Below are positions 36,298 through 46,700 of a stretch of 64,000 nucleotides of DNA, piece by piece (positions within the stretch are counted from its first letter, which is position 1; each line of letters begins with the position of its first letter). Location: assembly GCA_003233095.1 (NCBI GenBank), contig QIKT01000183.1, positions 8,145 to 72,144 of the forward strand. Reading direction: 5' to 3'. The position numbers were made by a program, and so were the translations under genes. The DNA comes from Oceanospirillales bacterium (GTDB lineage: Bacteria; Pseudomonadota; Gammaproteobacteria; Xanthomonadales; SZUA-38). The notes under the pieces were generated by a model, which did not search any database, was not told the DNA's origin, and saw nothing but the letters and a program-made list of their open reading frames with translations.

Positions 36298-36621
36298 CAG
36301 CCTGTCGGACTTGACGAGTCGTAGCGAGGAGGAGTCAATTTGAGTCAGATTTCTAGAGAGCCTCTGAACAAGTCGTGATCGGCTGTCTTGAGCGTGAAAC
36401 ACGCCCGCTCGGCGTTGCATGAGCTGAGCCATAGCACCACTATGATTCAGCTCATGCGCCTTAATCGGACGCATTTCCCTTCTCAATCCAACTCGCCCAG
36501 ACTTGTTCAGAAGCTCCCTAGATCTTTTGAGGCGAATAGCACTGCGATTTAACGAAACAGACCGGGGAGTCTGGCCAAACCTGGATTTTCCACAGTAGAT
36601 CATGTTAAGTCCGACAAGCTG
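36298..36621 (+). repeat. Family A repeat, copy A3, interrupted by a nested B copy
   Basis: A arms at 36298-36352 and 36522-36621 are colinear with A2. Termini CAGCCTGTCGGACTTGAC ... GTTAAGTCCGACAAGCTG. Lies between gspG and gspH. Confidence 0.85.
36353..36521 (+). repeat. Family B repeat, copy B3, nested inside A3
   Basis: CTAGAGAGCCTCTGAACAAGTC ... GACTTGTTCAGAAGCTCCCTAG, full length. It splits the A sequence GATTTC|GATCTTTTGAGG. Confidence 0.85.
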
Positions 36622-36632
36622 CTCGACCGAGA

Positions 36633-37073
36633 TCAGGATCCCCAGTTACCAATGTCAGCATTGAGTCCTTCGCCTCCAGGCTGACTATCTGCACCATAGG
36701 AAAAGACATCGATGGCCGAATGAACACCTGGGTTCAGGTATTGGTAATCATTGCCCCATGGATCTTTTTCCAGACGTTTGACATAGCCACCTTGCTGCCA
36801 TTGTCTGGGCACGGGATTGGTGCCGGGCCGATTGATCAGCGCATTGAGTGATTGCTGTGAAGAGGGATAAAAACCACTGTGCAACTTATAGATTTCCAGT
36901 GCTTTTTCGAAGGTCTGAATGTCGGCTCGTGCCTTGCTGATCCTGGCTTCATCGGCCTGACCAACCAGCGACAGGGTGACAGTGGTCGCAAGAATGGCGA
37001 GAATGACAATGACCACCAGAATTTCGATGATGGTAAAGCCTTGTTGATGCGTGCCGGAGCCTGGATGCTTCAT
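36633..37073 (-). CDS. gspG: Type II secretion major pseudopilin G
   Basis: From ATG 37073: MKHPGSGTHQQG|FTIIEILVVIVILAILA. Conserved GspG body (DPWGNDYQY, GADSQPGGEG). Confidence 0.9.
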   Translation of the reverse strand: MKHPGSGTHQQGFTIIEILVVIVILAILATTVTLSLVGQADEARISKARADIQTFEKALEIYKLHSGFYPSSQQSLNALINRPGTNPVPRQWQQGGYVKRLEKDPWGNDYQYLNPGVHSAIDVFSYGADSQPGGEGLNADIGNWGS

Positions 37074-37202
37074 GATGAACACCTTAACAGATTCAATCGA
37101 TCGGGATGTTACGCTGGACCCATGATCAGGCCGCATTACAATAGCCTGCCAATGTCTTTTTGACACCAACCGATGGGTGATTCAGACCCACAAGTATACG
37201 TG

Positions 37203-38558
37203 ATGCAAGCAATGAATAATAAAACATTATCCGAACGTGACCTCAAGGTGCTCTGGCACCCCTGCACACAGATGCAGGATCATGAAAGCATGCAACTGAT
37301 CCCTATCCGATCAGCCAAGGGGGCGTATCTGACCGACTATGATGACCGCGTTTACCTGGATGCCATCAGCTCATGGTGGGTCAATATCTTTGGTCATCAA
37401 AATCCAACAATCAATGCTGCCATCATCGATCAACTGCAAAAGCTCGAACACGTCATTCTGGCTGGATTTTCACATGAGCCTGCGATCGAACTGGCCGAAC
37501 GTCTGGTTCAGCTGACGCCTCCCGGGCTGGACAAGGTGTTCTATGCGGACAATGGATCTTCAGCCATCGAGGTGGCAATGAAGATGAGTTTTCACTATTG
37601 GCAGAACACCGGTCATCCGAAAAGGACCCGGTATATCAATCTGTCCAACAGCTATCATGGTGAAACCATCGGCGCTCTGGCGGTCGGGGATGTGGCCTTG
37701 TACAAGGAAACCTACGAGCCGCTGTTGCTGAAGCCCATTACAGTGCCATCACCGGACTGCTATCTTCGCGAGGAGGGCGTGGACTGGGAACAACATAGCC
37801 GTCAGATGTTCGAGCACATGGAGCAGACTCTGGCAAAACACAGTGGCGAAGTCTGCGCTGTGATCATCGAACCACTGGTCCAATGCGCTGGCAACATGCG
37901 CATGTACCATCCGGTTTACCTGGAATTGTTGTCCGATGCCTGCAAACGGCACAATGTGCACCTCATTGCCGATGAAGTCGCTGTCGGCTTTGCCCGCACC
38001 GGAACGCTGTTCGCCTGTGAGCAGGCCAATATCAGTCCTGATTTCATGTGCCTGTCCAAGGGGTTGACTGGCGGCTATCTGCCATTGTCGGCCGTACTGA
38101 CATCCAACCAGGTCTATGAGGCCTTCTACGATCGCTATGAAAATCTGACCGCATTTTTGCACTCACACAGCTATACCGGCAATGCCCTGGCCTGTCGAAC
38201 AGCGGTGGCTGTTCTGGATATATTCGAACAGCAGCCGGTTCTGGAGACCAATGCCCTGACGGCCGCGCACATGGCACGACGCCTGTCCGAGCTTGAAGAT
38301 CATCCACATGTCGGTGACATTCGTCAAACCGGCATGATTGCCGCCTTCGAAATGGTCCCGGACCGGCGCAGCAAAACGCCCTACCCCTGGCAGGAGCGTC
38401 GAGGCATGCGGGTCTATCGGCATGCCCTGGACGCAGGAATACTGCTGCGACCGCTGGCGAATACCATCTATTTCATGCCGCCGTATATCCTCTCCGAACA
38501 CGAGATTGATCGAATGATGGATGTGGCGATTTCAGGGTTGAACCATGCAGTATCATAA
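37203..38558 (+). CDS. bioA: Adenosylmethionine-8-amino-7-oxononanoate aminotransferase
   Basis: Class III aminotransferase with BioA-type motifs (LWHPCTQM, SSWWVNIFGH, LSKGLTGGYLPLSA). Confidence 0.85.
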   Translation: MQAMNNKTLSERDLKVLWHPCTQMQDHESMQLIPIRSAKGAYLTDYDDRVYLDAISSWWVNIFGHQNPTINAAIIDQLQKLEHVILAGFSHEPAIELAERLVQLTPPGLDKVFYADNGSSAIEVAMKMSFHYWQNTGHPKRTRYINLSNSYHGETIGALAVGDVALYKETYEPLLLKPITVPSPDCYLREEGVDWEQHSRQMFEHMEQTLAKHSGEVCAVIIEPLVQCAGNMRMYHPVYLELLSDACKRHNVHLIADEVAVGFARTGTLFACEQANISPDFMCLSKGLTGGYLPLSAVLTSNQVYEAFYDRYENLTAFLHSHSYTGNALACRTAVAVLDIFEQQPVLETNALTAAHMARRLSELEDHPHVGDIRQTGMIAAFEMVPDRRSKTPYPWQERRGMRVYRHALDAGILLRPLANTIYFMPPYILSEHEIDRMMDVAISGLNHAVS

Positions 38559-39279
38559 ACATCGATTTTATCTCGGGGTGGGGCTGACTCCTGGAATGAT
38601 GATCGATGCGCCAGATTCTCTGACACACCACATCGGGCGCGTACTGAGGCTTGAGCAAGGTGCGCAGATTCGCCTTTTCGACGGGCACGGGCACGAACAT
38701 CTGGCCGAAATCACTCAGATCAGCAGAAAACGCGTGAGTCTGATCATTGGCGACCCATTGATCGAAGAGCCCCTGCCTATTCTGTCGCTGGATCTGATTC
38801 AGGCCGTCACTCGGGGTGAGCGAATGGACTACACGGTTCAAAAAGCCACCGAACTGGGCATTGAACGTATCGTGCTGATCGAGACCGAGCGCTGTCAGAT
38901 TCGTTATCGAGGACCACGTCTGGAGAAGAAAATGGCTCACTGGCGACAGATAATAATCTCGGCCTGTGAGCAGAGTGGACGTTGCCGAGTACCAGAGCTG
39001 CTAGCTCCGATCAGCCTGTCCGATTATCTGAGCCAATCAAGCGAAACTCTGCGACTGCTGTGCTGCCCCGAAGCGAGTGAATCTCTGAGCACGCTTGTGG
39101 TGAAGCCGAGCGCCGTAGAATTTCTGATTGGGCCGGAGGGTGGTCTGACGGATGAGGAAATCGAACAGGCCAGTGATGCAGGCATGACTCGGGTGCTGAT
39201 GGGGCCGAGAATTCTGCGCACAGAAACGGCCGGTCCTGCGGCACTGGTCGCCTGTCAGTTGCTCTGGGGAGATATGTAA
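38545..39279 (+). CDS. rsmE: 16S rRNA (uracil1498-N3)-methyltransferase
   Basis: 244 aa. RsmE pattern (HRFYL..., HIGRVLRL, C-terminal LIGPEGGLTDEE ... LGPRILRTETA). Overlaps bioA by 14 nt. Confidence 0.85.
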   Translation: MQYHKHRFYLGVGLTPGMMIDAPDSLTHHIGRVLRLEQGAQIRLFDGHGHEHLAEITQISRKRVSLIIGDPLIEEPLPILSLDLIQAVTRGERMDYTVQKATELGIERIVLIETERCQIRYRGPRLEKKMAHWRQIIISACEQSGRCRVPELLAPISLSDYLSQSSETLRLLCCPEASESLSTLVVKPSAVEFLIGPEGGLTDEEIEQASDAGMTRVLMGPRILRTETAGPAALVACQLLWGDM

Positions 39280-39321
39280 GTCAGATTCGAGCGGTTCTCG
39301 ATTGATACGTACAACCGTAGA

Positions 39322-39786
39322 TCAGGCGCCAATCACCTCGGCCAATCGACTTTCGATGGCTTCCATATCCGGCACAAACGCCTCTTCATCATTCACATTG
39401 ACACCATAGCTGGCCCCATCGGGAAGTTCATGCTGATCACCGGCGAGCAGGATGTTTTCATCCGTCAAGGTGATGAGTCTTGGAAAACCTTGTGTCAGTA
39501 CCGCCACATACGGCATTTTCTGGTGACCGCCAAGCGCCTTGACGATCGCAATCTTGGCTCCATCGGTACTCTCCTTGGCAGACCTTCCCGATAGTTGGGC
39601 AAATGAAAACAAGGGCACATTCCAACCTCGCCACTCGATCAGTCCGTAGATCCACTCAGGCACATCTTCCAGAGGTTTTGGATTTGAAAAGGTAATCACC
39701 TCCGAGATCGTTGCATTGGGCAACAACAGTTTGACGGCAGTCGCCGGGATCATCAAACCTCGAATATCAGCTGCTAAGTGTGCCAT
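39322..39786 (-). CDS. chpC: CheW-like coupling protein of the Chp system
   Basis: 154-aa CheW domain. Last gene of the pil-chp cluster; overlaps chpB by 20 nt. Confidence 0.75.
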   Translation of the reverse strand: MAHLAADIRGLMIPATAVKLLLPNATISEVITFSNPKPLEDVPEWIYGLIEWRGWNVPLFSFAQLSGRSAKESTDGAKIAIVKALGGHQKMPYVAVLTQGFPRLITLTDENILLAGDQHELPDGASYGVNVNDEEAFVPDMEAIESRLAEVIGA

Positions 39787-40747
39787 TTTTGATAGATTCC
39801 TGTTGACTCAAGTAATGGCGCTGACTGAACCGGCCAGCCAGCGCATCGGGTGTGCCTATGAAGGAGGTTTCCTTCTGTGCGTGAACCCCGTCGACCATGG
39901 AGCTGACAACACAGCTGGAGGACTCCTGTATCCATATCTCGCCCCCCTTATCAGCCACCTGTTGGGCTGCCGCCACACCATCGGTGGACATTCCGCTGAA
40001 GATCATCATGTTCAGTTGTCCGGAAAACGACTGGCCCAAGGCATCCACCGTGTCATCAATGCACGGTGTAAAGCGGGACACCTGATCGCACTTGCTAAAG
40101 GAACATTGCCCCATGCGATCTGCTTCGAACCGCTGTGATCCGGGAATCACGTGAACGACCCCAGGACGTATCAGGTCACCTTGCTGCACCAGACGGACCG
40201 GCAGTGCGCACACTTGATCCAACTGCCTGACAAGCTGCCTGACAAATTCCACGCCAATATGTTGCACTAGGACCAGTGCTTCATTGACCGGACCAGACAA
40301 GCCAGATAGAAACTGTCGCAATGCTTCTGGGCCACCGATGGATGCTGCCAATACCCATATTGACAGTCCGGGTCGGCTCAGTGCCTGTGTGCCCATAATG
40401 ACTGGTGTATCTCGGTAGCACATGATCTGATCGACCAGGCCATCGGTCTGCCGCCAGAACGCTTGTCGTTCGGCGGTCAGATCTAATGCTTCGATCATCA
40501 TGACCGGCAGGCTTGTGGACCACTCTGTCAGCTGCTGGCGAAGCTCAGGATCGAATTCTTTCTCATCCTGACAGACCAGCAAGAAATCGTGATCGGCAAC
40601 CTCAACTTCCCTCAACTGATCAGGCCGAATCGCAACGGTAGCAAGACCCCGCTCAGACAATGCTTCTGCCAGCCTTGCAAGGTCGCCCGACGCTCGCCCG
40701 ACCAGCAGCGTTGTGCGCATCAAAGCTGTATCAGGATTGCTCTGCAA
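39767..40747 (-). CDS. chpB: CheB-like protein-glutamate methylesterase with a degenerate receiver domain
   Basis: C-terminal CheB catalytic domain (AASIGGPEAL, VQHI, GMSTDG). The N-terminal ~120 aa is receiver-like but lacks the acidic pocket. TTG start at 40747; ATG 40720 is an alternative. Confidence 0.8.
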   Translation of the reverse strand: MQSNPDTALMRTTLLVGRASGDLARLAEALSERGLATVAIRPDQLREVEVADHDFLLVCQDEKEFDPELRQQLTEWSTSLPVMMIEALDLTAERQAFWRQTDGLVDQIMCYRDTPVIMGTQALSRPGLSIWVLAASIGGPEALRQFLSGLSGPVNEALVLVQHIGVEFVRQLVRQLDQVCALPVRLVQQGDLIRPGVVHVIPGSQRFEADRMGQCSFSKCDQVSRFTPCIDDTVDALGQSFSGQLNMMIFSGMSTDGVAAAQQVADKGGEIWIQESSSCVVSSMVDGVHAQKETSFIGTPDALAGRFSQRHYLSQQESIKNGTLSS

Positions 40748-43700
40748 CGTTCTGCTTCAGGAGTTCCTGGACATTGGCCAACAACTCTGGCTCCTGATAG
40801 GGTTTGCCCAGATACCGTTCCACACCGATTTCCATGGCTCGATCACGGTGCTTGGCACCGGTTCGCGAGGTAATCATGATGATCGGAATATTGCGCAATC
40901 TTGGATCATTTTTCATGTGCGTGGCCAACTCATACCCATCCATGCGTGGCATTTCGATATCCAGCAGCATCAGATCGGGAATAGTGTCCTGCAATTGCTC
41001 CAGTGCATCGACTCCGTCTTTCGCTGTGATTACATCCATGTCATACCGCTGCAGGACTCGCGTGGTAACCCGTCGCATGGTGATCGAGTCATCCACCACC
41101 ATGATGTTTGGCTGCACATCATCTGGAACATCGACCATTGCCAGCTCTTCAATGGAATCGTTTTCGAAGCGGTGAGCCGCTGCATTTCTGATCAACGGGC
41201 TCAGGTCAAGAATCATGACCACGCTGCCGTCACCCAGAATAGTGGCGCCGAAGATCCCCGGAATACTGCTCACCTGCGGACCGACGGACTTGACCACGAT
41301 TTCACGGTTGCCCAGCACCTCGTCAATCCGGATGGCCGCTCGCTGGTCTCCAGCTCTTGCCATCAGCAATGGCCACATGTCCACGTCGGTGGGCAATTTG
41401 GATTCCAGACCCAACAGTCCGGATAACTCGGTCATCTGGTACTCTTCGCCGGTGTATTCGTAGATCATGTCACCGGTTTCGTTGCGCAGTTCGATGTCCT
41501 TGCGTCGGATCCGGGACACACCCAGGATACTGGTCAGAGGGATGGCAAACTGGTTTTCGCCGATTTTCACCATGATCGCCTGAGCCACCGCCAGAGTGAA
41601 TGGCAACCGCACTTCGAACTCCGAACCCAATCCCTTCTCTGAGGTAATCTCGAGAGATCCGCCCAACTGCTTGATTTCGTTGTTGACCACGTCCAGACCC
41701 ACTCCACGTCCAGCAATTTTCGAGACGCTCTCGGCAGTACTGAACCCGGACTCGATAATGAATCCATATAGGTCACGCTTGCCCAGCTGAGCATCTTCGG
41801 TCAGCAATCCGGCTTCAATGGCTTTAGTGCGAATGGCCTCATGGTCAATACCCGCACCATCATCGGAAATTCGAATCAGGACTTCGGTCGCTTCCCTGCT
41901 GACTTCGATCAGCACGATGCCTTCTTCGTTCTTGTCCCTGGCCAGCCGTTCCTCGGGGGTTTCAAGACCGTGCGCGATGGCATTGCGAACCATGTGCTCC
42001 AGAGGCGCTGTGATGCGCTCCAGAACGGTTCGGTCCATCTCACCGTGAGCTCCCACGACCTGCAGTCGGGCCTTCTTGCCCAATTCCTGACAGGTTTGCC
42101 TGAGAATTCGCCTGAGACGAGGGACCAGTGAATCAAATGGAACCATGCGGGTCCGCATGAGACCTTCCTGAAGATCGGAGTTGACTCGTGACTGTTGCAA
42201 CAACAGTGTTTCTGACTGTCGAGTCAGGTCATCCATCATGCCCTGCAGACTCACCAAGTCAGAGACTGACTCGGCCAATGCTCGTGAGAGCTGCTGCAGC
42301 GTTGAAAAGCGGTCCATTTCCAGTGGGTCAAAATCTGCCGAAGACTCATCTGTCTCTCGCTGGAAGCGCGACAGAATCTGGGCTTCGGTTTCCATTTCCA
42401 GCTTTCTGAGCTGATCACGGAGACGATTGACCGTCACATCAAATTCCACCAGGTTGAACCGGAACGTTCCAATCTGCTGCTCCAGGCGCGTTCGGTAAAT
42501 ACTGACCTCACCGGCATAGTTGACCAGATTGTCCAGCAGGTCCGAACGGACCCGGATCAGTTCGCGTGCTGACTGAACCGCCGGTTGGGGTGCCGCTTTG
42601 TCCTGTTCGTCGAGCTGTGTCGACTTCTCACTGATAGGAATAAATTTGGGTGAATCAGCCGGTTTGATTTGCTTGAGCTTAGGCTTGGACTTGGACTTGG
42701 ACTTGGACTTGTCCTTTTGACTGACTTGCTGTGCTACCGCTTCGCTGGCATCCGCTTCTATCGTCTCACCCCGAATCAGTCGTTCGATATACGAGGCAAC
42801 TTCTCGGCCAGTCGGAATCGGTGCACGTTCCTGGATACTGCTGAGCATCTGATGAAGCCGATCAAAGGCATGCTCAAGCACATCGATGACCTCACCTGTC
42901 GGCGTCGCCTGCTCGTTTGTGATCTTCTCAAACAGAGATTCAACAGCATGGCTCAAATCGCCAACCGGCGAGAAGCCAGCCATTCGTGCGCCACCCTTGA
43001 GTGTATGAAGATCACGCTGAAGGGCCTTGACGGGCTCCTGATCTTCCAGGTCTTCACGCCAAGTGGCCATCAAATGGTCAGAGCTGTCCAGAATTTCGGT
43101 GCCTTCCTGAAGGAAGATATCGAGGAGTTCGTCATCAATATCGTTCAGATCTGTGAAGGCGATCGTGGATTCATCGGTCAGCGCACTGGCGACTGCCGAG
43201 GAACGGCCTACAACTGTCGCAGCTTCGGTTTCGGTTTCGGTTTCGGTTTCGGTTTCATCGAGAAACTCATCGAATTCCGAGAAACCTTCATCGTCCAGAG
43301 CAAATATTTCGACGTTTTCTGCTTCTGCTTCTGCTTCTGCTTCTGCTTCTGCTTCTGCTTCTGCTTCTGCTTCTGCTTCTACTTCTACTTCTACTTCTAC
43401 TTCTACTTCTACTTCTACTTCTACTTCTACTTCTACTTCTACTTCTACTTCTACTTCTACTTCTACTGCTTTTGTATCGTCTTCCTCGACTGCATCAACG
43501 AAATCTGCAAATTCCGAGAACTCTTCATCATCGAGCGCAAAGGCATCGGCATCATCAGCATCAGACCCTGCCGACAACTCGACGCCTGACATTGGCTCCG
43601 CTAGATCGGTCTCAGCAGCAACGCTGTCCAGGCTGTCTGTTGAGGTGTCATCATCAAACTCCAGGATGAAATCCTGATCGTCCAACTCGTCGAACACCAG

Positions 43701-46700
43701 GGCGATCTTGTCGCTTTCACCCGTTGCGACCTCATCAAAGCTCGACGCATCGGCCTGCTCGGTAACGATTTCGCCCGTTTCCTCATGCTTCCTTTCATCA
43801 AACAGCTGATGCAAGTTGGTGGTCTCGGGCAGTTCATCCCTAAGACTGCACAACGATCCGCTGATTTCAGAAGTATTCGGATACACGGGCTCAGCTTCTG
43901 AAAGCTGATCGACAAAGAGCTTGACGGTTCGCGCACTCTCTCGAATGGCTGCCAGGCCAGTTTCATCCGGAGAATGATGGCCCAGGCGCAAGCGCTTCAC
44001 ATAGCCCTCAAGTGGGCCAGTCACCGCTGAAAGACTGGGCAAGTCGACCATCGCAATCGCACCATTAAGCGTATGAACTGCCCTTAGCAGGGATTCTGAC
44101 GCTTCCGGAATCGGGTGTGACTGATCGGCATCATCCAGATAGGCATTCACGACCGATAGGTGGTTACTGACCTCACCTCTGAGGATATCCAGGAGTACCT
44201 GGTCAATCACAGTCGTTTGCTGATCTCTGGGTGGCTCAGGTTGTGCCGTTTCAACAGCGTCATCCTGGTCATCTGTCTTCAGTGAAACGGGTTCTTCGGT
44301 GATGTCTTCTGTGGCCTCGTCCTGCTGATTTTCGAGCTCATTAACAGGGCCGTCACCTTCCATCATCTCCTCAGTAACATCATCCGACTCGAGACCCAGG
44401 TCGTCCAGCGAGAGCTCATTCAGATCAAAGACATCCGACTCTTCGACAGCCTCATCAGTGGTCTCCAGATCAGGCTCGTCGATTGATGCCTCAAGGCCCA
44501 GTTCAAATTCGTCAACGGCCTCTGTGGACAGAAGATCAGACTCCATGTCAATCTCGAGTTCAGGCAGTTCGTTTTCGAGGGTCAACTCGGACGATTCTTC
44601 CGTGGCATCCGTCTCATCCTCCAGCAGATTGTCAGTATCGACAAATGCGGTCAGATCAAAGTCAGCCAATTCATCAGACCTGTCGCTCTCGGCATCGTCC
44701 TCAAGAGGCTCGAGGCTCAGGTTAATCTCATCATCGTCCGGCTCGGTAACATTGGAGACATCGGATTCCGGCACTTCGGCCTCCATCTCGAGATCGATCT
44801 CCAGTTCATTGCTGTCATCAAGCAGCTCCAGCGTCAGTTCACCCTCCGCGCCTTGTAGCGGTTCGAGTGTCAATTCACTGGCTGAATCATCAACCGTTTT
44901 ATCGACCTTGGTGGAGTCGCTGTGAGCAGTTTCCTGCGACGCATCGTCCAGAGACAGCTCCAGATCAATCGAGCCCTCGCGATCCTCGGATGTGATCGTC
45001 GAGTCACCTTCGGTAACAGATGACTGTGCATCGTCCACTGTTGCTTCGGTCAGATCTTCGAAACTGAGCAGCTCATCGGCTTCTTCATCCTCATCGACAA
45101 GGCTCAACTCCCATTCAGGCTCAACCGAATCCTCAGTTGTGGTCTCGACGCTTGAAACATCCGCGGATGTTTCACTGGTCTCATCCATGCTAAAGTCATC
45201 GTTGTCAAAGGTGATGGCACCTTCAGCCAGGGAAATCTCGTCTTCGCTGCCTGTTGTGTCTCTATCATCCAGGGCCGCTTCAAGCTCTTCCAGGTCCAGC
45301 CCCATCAGATTATCGATTGATGTGTCACCAGCATCGGCATCTGGAGCAAGCTCTTCGGAGACCGTCTCTTCGATAATCGCTTCTGCTTCGGGCTCCATTT
45401 CAGAGGCGGTATCAGCAGGCTTCAGCCAGGCTTCGGTTCCAGAAGCCACGCTTTCTGCAACCAGCTTGATCCCTTCAATATCCGCATCAGGGAGCCCTTC
45501 ACCTTTCACATTGGCGAGCAATTGAGGCAAGACGGAGACCGAATCCTTGAGTACCGACACCAGCGCATCACTGGCGTTAATCGATTTGTCCAGCACTCGG
45601 TTCAACATGTTTTCCAGCTGCCAGCTGAAGTTTCCGAGCGTCTGAGCACCGACCAGCCGTCCACTGCCCTTGAGCGTATGGAAAGACCGCCGAATGGTTG
45701 TCAGGGTTTCGAGATCGCTGGGGTCCTGATGCCACTGGGGAACCAGTTGGCGCAAATTGTCGAGCTCTTCTTCTACTTCCTCGATGAATATTTCTCTGAT
45801 TTCATCATCAACATCGCCACCGATATCTGCCGCAGATTCCTGCTTGACCGGATCACCACTGAGATAATTGCGTCCGTCAACCAGACCTGCAGACATCGCT
45901 TCATGATCAGCTGCGGACTGTCGTTCCATCTGCGCTGAGGATGTATCTGGCAAAATGGCCGGTTGATCACCCGCTGCAGGCAGCTCCTGGGTATCTGCTT
46001 GGGAGCTTGTCGCTTGAGCTGAATCGAGGTCCTGGGTAGTCGCAGCCTCCTCGACTGGTTCGTCCTGGAAATCGTCGTTCTGCTCCAGAGTATCGAGATG
46101 ACTTTGACGACTCAATGGATCCAGATAGCCCAGTTTGTCCAGGCTGGATCTGGCCACCTCAAGAATACGAGTTCGTCCAGGGCGGCGTTCGCGAACCGCT
46201 TCAAGATAGTATTCCAGGCTGGCGACTGCGTCGGCCAGCGTATCGAGTTGCACTGCATCCGGAAGAGAATCCTGAGCCAGCAACTCAACTTGTGTATAGG
46301 CAGACACCCCTTCAAGCAGATCAACTGCTTCGTCCAGATCAAGCATTTTCAGAGCGCCAGAAATTTCATCAAGCAGATGAGGTGTTTGGCGAATGAGTGC
46401 CTTGTTGGCTGGCGCATCGATGAAGTCAACGACACATTGTTTCATTTTCTGAAGGTTGGTAGAGGCTTCCTTCATCAGGGCATTGAGAATCTTTTGCACT
46501 TCGCTTGCAGGCAGATCAATGCCATGGCCTTCGCCTTCAGCGTCGTTGCTTTCGATACCAATCTGTGACAAATCATCATCAATCGATGATTCGACGAAAA
46601 TCAGTGACCCGGCGATATCAAGTAGCGCCGACTCCGTAACTGGACGTTCCCCGCGCCCCAACTCGGCCAGCAGTTCACGCTGTTCCTGAATCGACTTGGA

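Noticed and set aside
43317-43470. A tandem array that superficially looks like a CRISPR or satellite locus
   Set aside because: The unit is only 6 bp and there are no spacers. The array lies in-frame inside chpA and translates to (EV)14(EA)10, so it is a coding microsatellite and not a CRISPR array.
42669-43677. Long plus-strand ORFs (306 aa with FCFCFC/FYFYFY runs; 174 aa Ser/Thr-rich)
   Set aside because: They are antisense shadows of the chpA dipeptide-repeat and acidic regions. They have no ribosome-binding site and their composition is dictated by the opposite strand.
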